Below, piece after piece: positions 19,101 to 25,935 of a DNA stretch of 25,935 nt. Both the position numbers and the translations under genes were made by a program. Position 1 is the first letter of the stretch. Each line of letters begins with the position of its first letter. The stretch spans positions 1 through 25,935 of IMG/VR virus record IMGVR_UViG_3300032281_000158. One strand, given 5' to 3'. This DNA is from a virus (Duplodnaviria; Caudoviricetes). The notes beneath the pieces are model-generated. The model saw only the letters and a program-made list of their open reading frames with translations. It had not been told where the DNA came from and ran no database searches.

Positions 19101-19525
19101 GTGGCGGAAGCGGTGGCGGTGGTGGCATTGGTGGTCGCTTTGGCGCAATGCAGTACAAGATGTACGGTGGAAAAATTAAAAAGATGGCATCTGGAGGATT
19201 TGTTCCTGGTATCGGCATGACAGATAAGGTTCATGCAATGCTTAGCCCAGGAGAGTTTGTTATGAATAAATCAGCATCAAAAGCCTACGGACCTCTTTTG
19301 TCACAACTAAATGAATCAAAATACCCTTCAATGAAGAGGTCTGGATATTCAAAGCCAAGTTCAAACAATATATCAACATCTGTCAATAACACCTCATCGG
19401 CAGTGTATAATTATAGTGTAGGTATAAATGTTGGTGGATCAAATACAAGTGCAAATGATATTGCAAGTGCTGTTATTTCACAAATTCAATATATTGATGG
19501 TCAAAGAATTAGGGGACAGAGATAG
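13163..19525 (+). CDS. Tape measure protein (2120 aa)
   Basis: SD GAGGTG at 13151-13156. TP901-like core (..EGGINASEGANALKSGLAALINP..). Ala/Gly-rich helical sequence, hydrophobic segments, coiled-coil repeats, SPS..IG..IA.GL..GM and GG..G.G..D....S.GE motifs. Confidence 0.95.
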   Translation: MADVNANIGVNIDTSDALAQLKSLQRQISQFHTSIAKSSETAAVAQKSLQKNLLGSINSIGAFSAELRTVKTSAESFTNSLEKNKFSMREYFRYAGASTKTFGRVFKSEFDTIGKVAEERVKTLQTQYIKLGRNASGAMEAIAVRPTSLNMQDYGTKVQIAAQKQALFNQLMKQGSTNLLNFGKNTQWAGRQLMVGFTIPLALVGSAAVKTFMEMEAQALKFKKVYGDLFTPQAETQQALENITQLGQMFTKYGISVSQTVGLAAEAAAAGFQGMDLQRQTTEATRLSVLGQIDAQKALETTISLQNAFGMSSENLASSIDFLNAVENQTVVSLDDITTAIPKVAPVIQQLGGDVKDLTFFIAAMKEGGINASEGANALKSGLAALINPTGKASAMLKGFGINANEIVTKNKGNLKATVIEFATALNQLDPLNRAQAIEQMFGKFQFARLSTLFANVAKDGNQAARVLDLANSSVESLSALSEKELGMTADSAMNKFKKTVEDLKAALIPVGKTFLEAVTPIVEFVGNILDKFNNLSSGVKKAITILVTVIGGLGPVLLMTFGLLANGVANIIKLFLTLRNGYQRLTGQSQILGEQTQYLTQEQMNAAAVASSLDQRHATLAQTFNVETAELTRLIAAYQAATSAGQKFAAINPGAMMPPRRKGFAAGGIIRGPGSGTSDLIPIMASNGEAIIPAKNVNKYPELTAGLVAGNIPGFKDGRLPIFPEFAMRLQDKTENMRQQAGGTNVPSVLSNLIARIGETRGISPTQNSIRSGKFDPIAKEYEGITQKFVDKLNQEFNTTFKEVKDSNERFANSWTSAGKSVEKEVNRITSDAEKGVVRKVFGLDPDVYGTIPTEPRKAGGTKPERGRRAAFQTKEFGTRSYTSLRPGVKKIYERMTGSSAENLQMGHVFKPQMTDISTLQANPMASPAVAKAAKVMNGQAAEISNGAIRSASVAAGTASPSKKTIKIGEDIARGLEVGMANRQDDVAKSAANIGNIATQSAGRSSRRATRPQGAPLSALSSQMPISQETKTATIQQAKIINNANQRVQSFDRNLMGASFAISSLSGIASMSGGKLGEMSGTISKVTGSLFALQAITGLLTQTNLVALAKKRLEVAGFMGASKVTGLFSGGIKSLLPNLLRFGGMIAKFLGPIGLAITAITATVSIIRLVNAARERERISIEGLGNAANLAEKQINTLGDFFGIVARKSSLSSPLNEIATSSQERTKVDALKQSDQFKKDFGTEIIPSIKSATDQQASLIFNSLSVQLRGSGFAKDQIETIITALKEEAGKTNVEFDFAKLDLSTDAGMLGFQDSINKLSTELGTQFSTGYIEKVKYGVNGATGETIQWTEKILSKDLKRTLNLTTGAFTSMIDGIAGQLKNGTISADQFSQAFARIKSSLAGMPKPESILIVDEIMKTLPEKLQKAAVGLSNYSDKLIIIEAQSVGATAGIFGVIEAMSILEKASVFGPEDAMKRAFAQQTINAFMKRLDDAKNKWKSFVSTTEETNPFKNPQDGDGEDSPYVKAIKDLEAQRKEVGYTTTAFLRLKSVGTETARAYELARNPILAAALATTEVGTDDWEKLLKLIRLLGREELTNLTTGELFDRMNTKASEYFNILEEQIQDKFEDPIRNAEKAAEDAADAVNKIQEDISSKQDVINTIQRKIEETITRPIGELQDEIDNLQRKIETSIDRPINALQAESTILSENLTIIDKAAEGINSKYDAQEEALSKISAINQEIANQQKQQLTLADALSQGDIAAAAAAAQDMRSSAAAAQQDTVASGLKAAREAELGALVGPNGMTRDQIASRQYEIDRQIYALEQLKLPIQAEILSKQNSIYNLEVLRKPLVEDIRKKEDEIYKIQIGKLALAESESKKRAAELTDIKTRLKTELDAVEAQREKWSDTKLAIDLAKIANGEFNDVIEITKDMVQGIADNWASLSSKDIELRITTITTEIVDTINRGINSAGGSSSSSDSSGGGSGGGGGIGGRFGAMQYKMYGGKIKKMASGGFVPGIGMTDKVHAMLSPGEFVMNKSASKAYGPLLSQLNESKYPSMKRSGYSKPSSNNISTSVNNTSSAVYNYSVGINVGGSNTSANDIASAVISQIQYIDGQRIRGQR
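18149..18280 (+). repeat. Degenerate 66-nt (22-aa) tandem repeat in tape measure
   Basis: QRKIEETITRPIGELQDE / QRKIETSIDRPINALQAE. CAAAGAAAAAT occurs at 18149 and 18215. Confidence 0.7.
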
Positions 19526-20175
19526 TGGCAACTGCAGGATATATTAATGGAAGAAAGAGATACCAGAGACCTCAAGCAGTACTATGGTCTGAAAATCCTG
19601 GGACTTTAATAAATGGACTGTACGTTCCAACTGGATACGAAATTGGAGCAGATACCCTAGAAACAGATCCAGATGTATTAAATCAGTTTTTAATTTTATC
19701 AGATCACAATCGTGGAGAAATAAGTTTTAATCCTCAAAGAATTGAACAAAGACAAAGAACAGTTAATGGCAGAATGAGGTCATACCACATTGCTGATAAA
19801 CTTAACATATCTTGGTCTTGGAACCTACTGCCATCTAGAGCGTACTCTGCTCCAGCAGATTTTGATACTGGTGTAGAGTCTGTTACCCAAGGACACTCGA
19901 CATATAAAAATACAACAGATGAGTTTACTGCAGACGGTGGTGCAGGAGGAGTAGAACTCTTAGACTGGTATGAAAACCATCAAGGACCATTTTGGATGTT
20001 CTTGGCTTATGACAAATATAGTAATTTTGGGAAAGATGAGGCAGCGTTTAATCATCTTGGACAATATAACCAGATAGTTCAAGTATATTTTGCTGACTTC
20101 AACTATTCAGTTGTAAAGCGTGGTGGGAATAATTTTGATATGTGGAATATTTCGGTAAGCCTGGAAGAGGTTTAA
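19525..20175 (+). CDS. Putative distal tail (Dit-like) protein
   Basis: First gene after TMP, with GTG start overlapping the TAG (TAGTG). RIEQRQRT.NGRMRSY..ADK...SW..LPS and terminal W.IS.SLEEV are typical of Dit-like proteins. Confidence 0.65.
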   Translation: MATAGYINGRKRYQRPQAVLWSENPGTLINGLYVPTGYEIGADTLETDPDVLNQFLILSDHNRGEISFNPQRIEQRQRTVNGRMRSYHIADKLNISWSWNLLPSRAYSAPADFDTGVESVTQGHSTYKNTTDEFTADGGAGGVELLDWYENHQGPFWMFLAYDKYSNFGKDEAAFNHLGQYNQIVQVYFADFNYSVVKRGGNNFDMWNISVSLEEV

Positions 20176-23100
20176 ATGTTTGTAAGTGAAGCATTAAAGA
20201 CACACTTAGAATCATCTTCAACAATAAGGCTACAATCTCTTGTTCTTTCTGAGTGGAACATGAATATGCCAGACAATATTTATAAAATAGGAAACTATAG
20301 ATACAGACCACTTGGCTCAGATGTTAAGTTTAGAACACTGCCATCTGCATTTGATAGTTTAGATGCTGGGCAATACTATACTAATGCAACAGATGCTGAC
20401 ATTCTTATAGATGGTGGATATACCGATACTGGGGTACCACAAATATTTACCTCTTCAAAAGAAAAGTTTAAACTATTGTATTCCCTAGAAGATTGCATCA
20501 AGCCATTTAGACCGAGGTCTGGAATCAACAAGGCAATATATTTAAATAATAAATTTTTATCGAACTCTGGAGCATCCCTTGCACAAAGACCAAGATACTA
20601 TATGCCATCAAGATATGATGAATTTAAGTATTGGACATCTTACAGAACAGAAAGTGGAAGTGAGCATGGTGTTGCAAATAATATATCTAATTCTTTATAT
20701 TACATAAATGACTCCGTTCCTTTTGTTGTGTATAAGGAGCAAGTTCCAGCAAATAGAATTATTGTTAAGATGCAGACAAATGTTGGAGATGTTGACCTTG
20801 GTCCATTCGTTACACCTGCTGGCTCTATAGATGACCCACTGTTTGGATCTACAAACAAGACTACGCCCGTTAGATGGAAAGTCCAATATTTAGATAAAGA
20901 TAACTGGGTAGATGCATATTCTTTTGATGAAAACTCTATCAGAGATAATAACAATCCTATAGTTGGAAATGATGGATATCTTGAATTGCAGTATGGCTTA
21001 GTAATCCCAGACGAATATAAGGGAAGATTTATTTATGCAGAAACACTTGCTTCGGAATTACTAAGACCAGAAAAATCTATTGATGGATATGCATATCTTG
21101 TTGTTGAAAACGAAGGTGATCGTGGAGTTTTTCATATTTGGAATAACTTAACGGAAGAGTATGATGAGTTTACCCCATCCTACGGCTGGATTGTTGCAGA
21201 AGAAACTATTAACAATGAAACATTTTTTGTTAAAGACCTAACCAGCCCATCATCTTTTGTAAGCGAGTTAGACAATAGCACAGGGTACAGAGAGTTTGCA
21301 TATTTGCGTGGAATTAGAATTGTTGTAGAAACAATGAATAAGTTTGGCTCTACATTTGATCTAATCGAAATGTCACCAAGACTTATTTCAGACATATCTG
21401 ACAAGGTTATTGATTTTAAAATTACAAAAACCCTATCTGATATTGGCAACACATCTTTGCCAGTTGGACAACTTCTTGCTTCAAATGGAAAGATATCGCT
21501 ATTTGATGACGATCAAGCGTTTAACTCAAACAATACAAATAGCATTATTTATAAATATAATAGAAAAAATATAAAGTTTGCTTTTTATGAGCAGATAATA
21601 GATGTTGATGGATATGATTATTTTGTTCCAATCAAAACTTTATATTCTGAGGGATTTCCACAAGCAGACATAAGTGGAGCCACACTATCAATAGATCTAA
21701 GAGACTTATTTTTCTTTTTAGAATCAATGCCTGCACCAAGACTTTTAACAACACAAACATCCTTAAGTTATGCCATATCTCTTTTGTTAGACTATATTGG
21801 ATTTAGCAATTATACTTTTAAGCGTGTTGCAAATGAATCAGATCCTTTAATACCATTCTTTTTTATTGCACCAGATCAAAATGTTGCAGAAGTACTTAAT
21901 CAATTAGCAATGTCTACGCAAACGGCAATGTTCTTTGATGAATACAATAACTTTGTTGTTATGAGTAAAGACTATTTAATGCCATCAGAGTCACAAAGAT
22001 CTTCTGATTTTGTTTTATCTGGATCAAACAATCAATCAGATACTGGAGTTATCGAAAACTCTTCCTCTGGAATTCTTCCAAATATTCTATCTATTGCTTC
22101 TGAAGATAAGAAAGTTTTTAATTCTGGAAAAATTAACTATACAACAAGATACATTCAAAGATCTTATGGGTCAATAAGACAGGGAAATGCAACTGACCAA
22201 GACAAGACATGGATATACAAGCCAGCACTTCTTTGGGAAGTCTCTGGTACAGAGCCTACCAAGACTGTAAACGAGTTGGCATCAAAGCAGGGTAGTTATG
22301 TTTTAGGAGCAATGCCAATTAATTCAGACTTAACTATAGACCCACCAACAGTTGTAGATCATGTTGTTACAAAAAATATTGTTGATTTTGGCGAGAATGT
22401 TTATTGGCTAACAAGGTATCAAGGATACTTTTATGCCAATGGAGAAATAGTTAAGTATGATGCAGCAGAGTTTAACATTACTGGAACTGGAAATGTTTGG
22501 ATTAGCAATAACCAAGAATACCAGAAGTATTTCTCATCATTGCCATTTAATGGAAAAATTTATCCAACAGGACTTGTAAGAATTTATTCTATTCCTTACT
22601 ACGAAACAGTTGACGGCATCTCAAGAATAAAAAATGGTCCAGTAATGCAGCATGGTCGTGCACAGTTTGGAACTACTATTGCTCACCACTCAGCAGGACT
22701 AAATCAGTATTGGTCAAACACAGATACAGCAACTGCTCCAGTTCGTGGCTGTGTTATGTCTTCAGAATATCTTTTTGATATAACTGGAACTAACTCAACA
22801 ACCTCTTTGTCACTTGCTCCTGGAATAGCAGGAATTTCTAGTGATGTTGCAAGAAAAACAACAAGAAATGGAATAATAAAAAACCTTACAGCACTCAACT
22901 ATTTAACTGAAACTGCTATAAATAATTTAAAATCTACCCAGTCTGGAACCATTCAGTCTTCTGCACTAGTTCTAACAGGTCCAACATTTAAAACAATAGA
23001 AAACCCCCTTGACTTTATTTCATATGCTTATAAGCCATTAGACTTTGCATATAAACATTTTGGAACTAGAGTAAGAATAATTGGAAAAATTGAAAATAAT

Positions 23101-24492
23101 GAAAACAGATCTCAAACACCTATTGGTAGTTCATCTTATTATCAGGTTACTGGATCTGCAGCAGACCAGCAGGTTAGCATAGGTGGAGGCTCTGGAGGCC
23201 TTGCAATTTTGTTAAATCCAGAAACAAATAATGGATACTACTTTGAAATTGCTGCACTAAGTGAGAAAAACATAGAAGGCTACTCAAACGCACAGAATAT
23301 TCATAATATATTATTTTATAAAATAGTTAAAAAGAATGGGTCAACATCAACAGATGATGCAATACCAGTAAAACTTTGGGGAGGATTATCTCAAATAACT
23401 GTTGACGATGGTAGATTTACTGGTCAATATAGATCTAGTGGAGAAGAAAGACCAACAGTTTATGACCTTTCTGTAGAGTATAAAGATATAGATAATGTCA
23501 GAAGATTCTTTTTATATGTAAATAATAAGTTGATAAAGATTGTAGATGATCCAAATCCTCTACCAACCTACAATAACTGTGCACTATTTGTGCGTGGTTC
23601 TTCAAAACTAATGTTTGAAAATCTATATGCCTTGTCTGAAAATTATGCAGACAACTCAGTATTTACTGTCACAGAGACATTAGCACAAGCATTTGGAGAT
23701 AGTACAATTGATGCCGAAGAATCTTTTAGAAAATATGCAGTAAGTGGTATGGTTCAAGCAACATATTTATCTGGAATAAGTCCACAGCAACCACCAAAAT
23801 ATAAAATGTATTTTGAAGAATTTGGAACAATAATGCGTGAATGTTCTTATTTTAATATAAAATATGATCGTGCATATCCAGCATTATATGCACAACTATC
23901 ACCAACGTTTAATCGTATAAAAGGATATACGGTTTCTGGATTTCAAGCAGACTCATATGGTGCAGAATTTTTAATATTTAATGCAACAGATAAAGCACTT
24001 ATACTTGACGAAACAACTGGAAATTATTTAAGAATCCAGGGTGTTACATTTACACAAGATACAACACACGAACTGACTGTAGATGATTACTTTTCACAAA
24101 GAAGCAATATGTCAGATCCTGAGTTATTAGGAAGCACTCTAGTATACTCTCCACTAGTTGAAGAATCAAGATATAATGAGATTAAATTAAGTAGAATGAT
24201 CTATGGAAAAAACGAGTTTTCAATAGATAGCCCATACTTACAAACAGATGATGATGCCAATGCTTTGATGGGATGGATAGTAAATAAGATTATGGTTCCA
24301 AAAAAGTCAATTGGAATTAATTTGTTTAGTATACCAACCATACAACTTGGAGACATAGTAACAGTTAACTACAAAGATTCAAGTGGTTTAGACTTAGTTA
24401 CTTCTGATTCATCTAGATTTGTAGTTTATAATATTGATTATACAAGGAATAATAGTGGTCCAAGTATGACAGTATATTTGAGTGAGGTGTGA
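20176..24492 (+). CDS. Large tail tip / baseplate hub-like (Tal-like) minor tail protein
   Basis: 1438 aa after Dit. V..VLNQLA..TQTAMFFDEYNNFV and C-terminal IDSPYLQT.D.A..L...P.IQLGDIVTV match the hub architecture. A central beta-rich insertion is present. Confidence 0.7.
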   Translation: MFVSEALKTHLESSSTIRLQSLVLSEWNMNMPDNIYKIGNYRYRPLGSDVKFRTLPSAFDSLDAGQYYTNATDADILIDGGYTDTGVPQIFTSSKEKFKLLYSLEDCIKPFRPRSGINKAIYLNNKFLSNSGASLAQRPRYYMPSRYDEFKYWTSYRTESGSEHGVANNISNSLYYINDSVPFVVYKEQVPANRIIVKMQTNVGDVDLGPFVTPAGSIDDPLFGSTNKTTPVRWKVQYLDKDNWVDAYSFDENSIRDNNNPIVGNDGYLELQYGLVIPDEYKGRFIYAETLASELLRPEKSIDGYAYLVVENEGDRGVFHIWNNLTEEYDEFTPSYGWIVAEETINNETFFVKDLTSPSSFVSELDNSTGYREFAYLRGIRIVVETMNKFGSTFDLIEMSPRLISDISDKVIDFKITKTLSDIGNTSLPVGQLLASNGKISLFDDDQAFNSNNTNSIIYKYNRKNIKFAFYEQIIDVDGYDYFVPIKTLYSEGFPQADISGATLSIDLRDLFFFLESMPAPRLLTTQTSLSYAISLLLDYIGFSNYTFKRVANESDPLIPFFFIAPDQNVAEVLNQLAMSTQTAMFFDEYNNFVVMSKDYLMPSESQRSSDFVLSGSNNQSDTGVIENSSSGILPNILSIASEDKKVFNSGKINYTTRYIQRSYGSIRQGNATDQDKTWIYKPALLWEVSGTEPTKTVNELASKQGSYVLGAMPINSDLTIDPPTVVDHVVTKNIVDFGENVYWLTRYQGYFYANGEIVKYDAAEFNITGTGNVWISNNQEYQKYFSSLPFNGKIYPTGLVRIYSIPYYETVDGISRIKNGPVMQHGRAQFGTTIAHHSAGLNQYWSNTDTATAPVRGCVMSSEYLFDITGTNSTTSLSLAPGIAGISSDVARKTTRNGIIKNLTALNYLTETAINNLKSTQSGTIQSSALVLTGPTFKTIENPLDFISYAYKPLDFAYKHFGTRVRIIGKIENNENRSQTPIGSSSYYQVTGSAADQQVSIGGGSGGLAILLNPETNNGYYFEIAALSEKNIEGYSNAQNIHNILFYKIVKKNGSTSTDDAIPVKLWGGLSQITVDDGRFTGQYRSSGEERPTVYDLSVEYKDIDNVRRFFLYVNNKLIKIVDDPNPLPTYNNCALFVRGSSKLMFENLYALSENYADNSVFTVTETLAQAFGDSTIDAEESFRKYAVSGMVQATYLSGISPQQPPKYKMYFEEFGTIMRECSYFNIKYDRAYPALYAQLSPTFNRIKGYTVSGFQADSYGAEFLIFNATDKALILDETTGNYLRIQGVTFTQDTTHELTVDDYFSQRSNMSDPELLGSTLVYSPLVEESRYNEIKLSRMIYGKNEFSIDSPYLQTDDDANALMGWIVNKIMVPKKSIGINLFSIPTIQLGDIVTVNYKDSSGLDLVTSDSSRFVVYNIDYTRNNSGPSMTVYLSEV

Positions 24493-24493
24493 T

Positions 24494-25360
24494 ATGCCAA
24501 TAAATCCAGATGTAATGATGCTTGACGACGGAGAAAGCGGTGGAAGAAAAAGGGCTGCTGCCCCTGCACCAACTCCAGTTGCAACCCCACCTAAAACAAT
24601 TGTGGCAACAACTCCAAGTACTACAGTTGCTGCTGCTACTGCAGCAGGTAAATCAGGAGATTATTCTAATTTAAATAAAATAATTAAAGATCCAGAAGCA
24701 TATGAAGCATTTAAAGATGCTAGAGCCGAAAGAATAAAGGCAGACAGAATAGCAAGTACTCCACCCAAAAAGTCTGTACCACAACCACTTGCAGCACCTG
24801 TACAAGTTCCTACTCCTGCTCCATCTACACCTGGTCCATCAGCAGCATCAGTAAGCCCAACTCCAGTGACACCATCAAGTGTTTCACCTGCAGCAGCAGT
24901 TGCACCAACAACGCCTACCGCACCAGTAAAGGTTGCACCAATAGATACAATACTTTTTGATGACTCATTAGTCTCAGAAGACTTTATGTTTGATCTTATT
25001 TTTGAAAATATTGGTGGGCACGAATTAATAAACATTGCAAGAAACGATATAGTTAATGGACAAACAGTTTCATATCAACCAATCAAAAATTTAACATCAA
25101 TACAGGAACAATACAACCCAAATAACATAATAAGTCTTCAGGAAACATCTGGAAAATATTTTGACAATTATGCAATTAAGTTTGAAAATAAAATTCCTAA
25201 TATTGGAAATGGACCATTTGGAAATAATGTATATTTAAATAATTTAACAGGGGATATCTTAATTGATTTAATTAACCTTGAGCCTGATGAACAAGTTGAA
25301 GTTCAAATAGTCATAAGTGGTACAATATATACTACAGACTTTCAAGAAGGCGTATCATGA
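24494..25360 (+). CDS. Putative minor tail protein with Pro/Ala/Thr-rich N-terminal half (288 aa; start corrected to ATG 24494)
   Basis: SD GAGGTG at 24484-24489 precedes ATG 24494. Low-complexity N-half, globular-looking C-half (..LIFENIGGHELINIARNDIVNGQ..). Confidence 0.6.
   Translation: MPINPDVMMLDDGESGGRKRAAAPAPTPVATPPKTIVATTPSTTVAAATAAGKSGDYSNLNKIIKDPEAYEAFKDARAERIKADRIASTPPKKSVPQPLAAPVQVPTPAPSTPGPSAASVSPTPVTPSSVSPAAAVAPTTPTAPVKVAPIDTILFDDSLVSEDFMFDLIFENIGGHELINIARNDIVNGQTVSYQPIKNLTSIQEQYNPNNIISLQETSGKYFDNYAIKFENKIPNIGNGPFGNNVYLNNLTGDILIDLINLEPDEQVEVQIVISGTIYTTDFQEGVS
25318..25326 (+). promoter_or_regulatory. Extended -10 promoter TGGTACAAT embedded in the end of the upstream gene
   Basis: Matches the window-wide motif, 30 nt before ATG 25357. 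Confidence 0.55.
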
Positions 25361-25935
25361 TAACTAATACTGGTAAATCGATTATAGGCAAGTATCTTTT
25401 GGGGCAGGCCCCAGCATATGCCTCATACCTTGCTGTAGGCTGTGGGGGCACTCCAATAGCCTCTGAAGACCCATTTGGAGACTACTCTGACAAAGAAAAC
25501 TTAGAGTTTGAAATGTTTAGGGTTCCAATATCTTCGAGGGGATTTGTAAATGAATCTGGAGTTAATAAGATAGTCTTAACGGCAGAGTTACCAACAGAAG
25601 AAAGATATGAAATTACTGAGGTAGGACTGTATTCTGCAGGAACAAACCCTTCAGCAGGATCTTATGGAAGTAAAACTATTTTCTCATTTGCATCTAATGA
25701 AAACTGGGTATACCGTTCACCAGGCATATCTGAAATACCTCTAGTACAGATATCTCTTGACTCAACTGATGATGAAGTAAATTATCCAGCCGTTGCCAAT
25801 ACAATTACTGGGGTTTATGATGTTAATGGAACTGTGGTTGCAACGCCAGTATTTGAAACAAATGCTGACAATTTAATATTTTACAAGGCAAACCGTGCAA
25901 CAAAATATGAAAGACCAAGATTTTTAAACAATACA
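25357..25935 (+). CDS. Putative tail fibre/baseplate protein, N-terminal part (3' truncated; absent from the ORF track)
   Basis: ATGA overlap with the upstream stop, then open for 193 codons to the edge: MITNTGKSIIGKYLLGQAPAYASYLAVGCG...LEFEMFRVPI...AELPTEERYEITEVGLYS. This resembles tail-fibre N-terminal attachment domains (iT..G...iavG.G...L..E..R...i.EvGl). Confidence 0.7.
   Translation, partial: MITNTGKSIIGKYLLGQAPAYASYLAVGCGGTPIASEDPFGDYSDKENLEFEMFRVPISSRGFVNESGVNKIVLTAELPTEERYEITEVGLYSAGTNPSAGSYGSKTIFSFASNENWVYRSPGISEIPLVQISLDSTDDEVNYPAVANTITGVYDVNGTVVATPVFETNADNLIFYKANRATKYERPRFLNNT

Noticed and set aside
1-25935. CRISPR arrays, tRNAs, introns/inteins, DGR repeats, stop-codon reassignment
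   Set aside because: I saw no spaced repeats, cloverleafs or split genes. TAA, TAG and TGA all end genes at sensible boundaries under the standard code.

Overview
This AT-rich window is part of a tailed dsDNA phage genome, and every credible gene is on the + strand. It starts with the C-terminus of a class II (B12-dependent) ribonucleotide reductase and a large LamG/ConA-like protein. A siphovirus-type morphogenesis module follows: portal, prohead protease with a nested in-frame scaffold gene, major capsid protein, Rho-N-like protein, head-tail joining proteins, major tail protein, two tail-assembly chaperones, a 2120-aa tape measure protein, a Dit-like protein, a tail-tip protein and further tail genes running off the right edge. 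I saw no terminase, tRNA, CRISPR array or mobile element. Five observations stand out. (1) The usual frameshifted G/GT tail-chaperone pair appears to be replaced by a gene duplication: an in-frame G+T gene followed by a paralogous stand-alone G, each with its own promoter and very different translation signals. (2) Extended -10 promoters (TGnTATAAT-like) sit in most intergenic gaps, and several would give leaderless or near-leaderless mRNAs. (3) By manual scan, AGCT and apparently CCGG are absent. (4) A scaffold gene with its own promoter and SD is nested in the protease gene. (5) A CG-rich hairpin cluster lies just upstream of the capsid gene. An actinobacterial (possibly freshwater, low-GC) host is an inference only. 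All product calls come from motif recognition and synteny, not from database searches.
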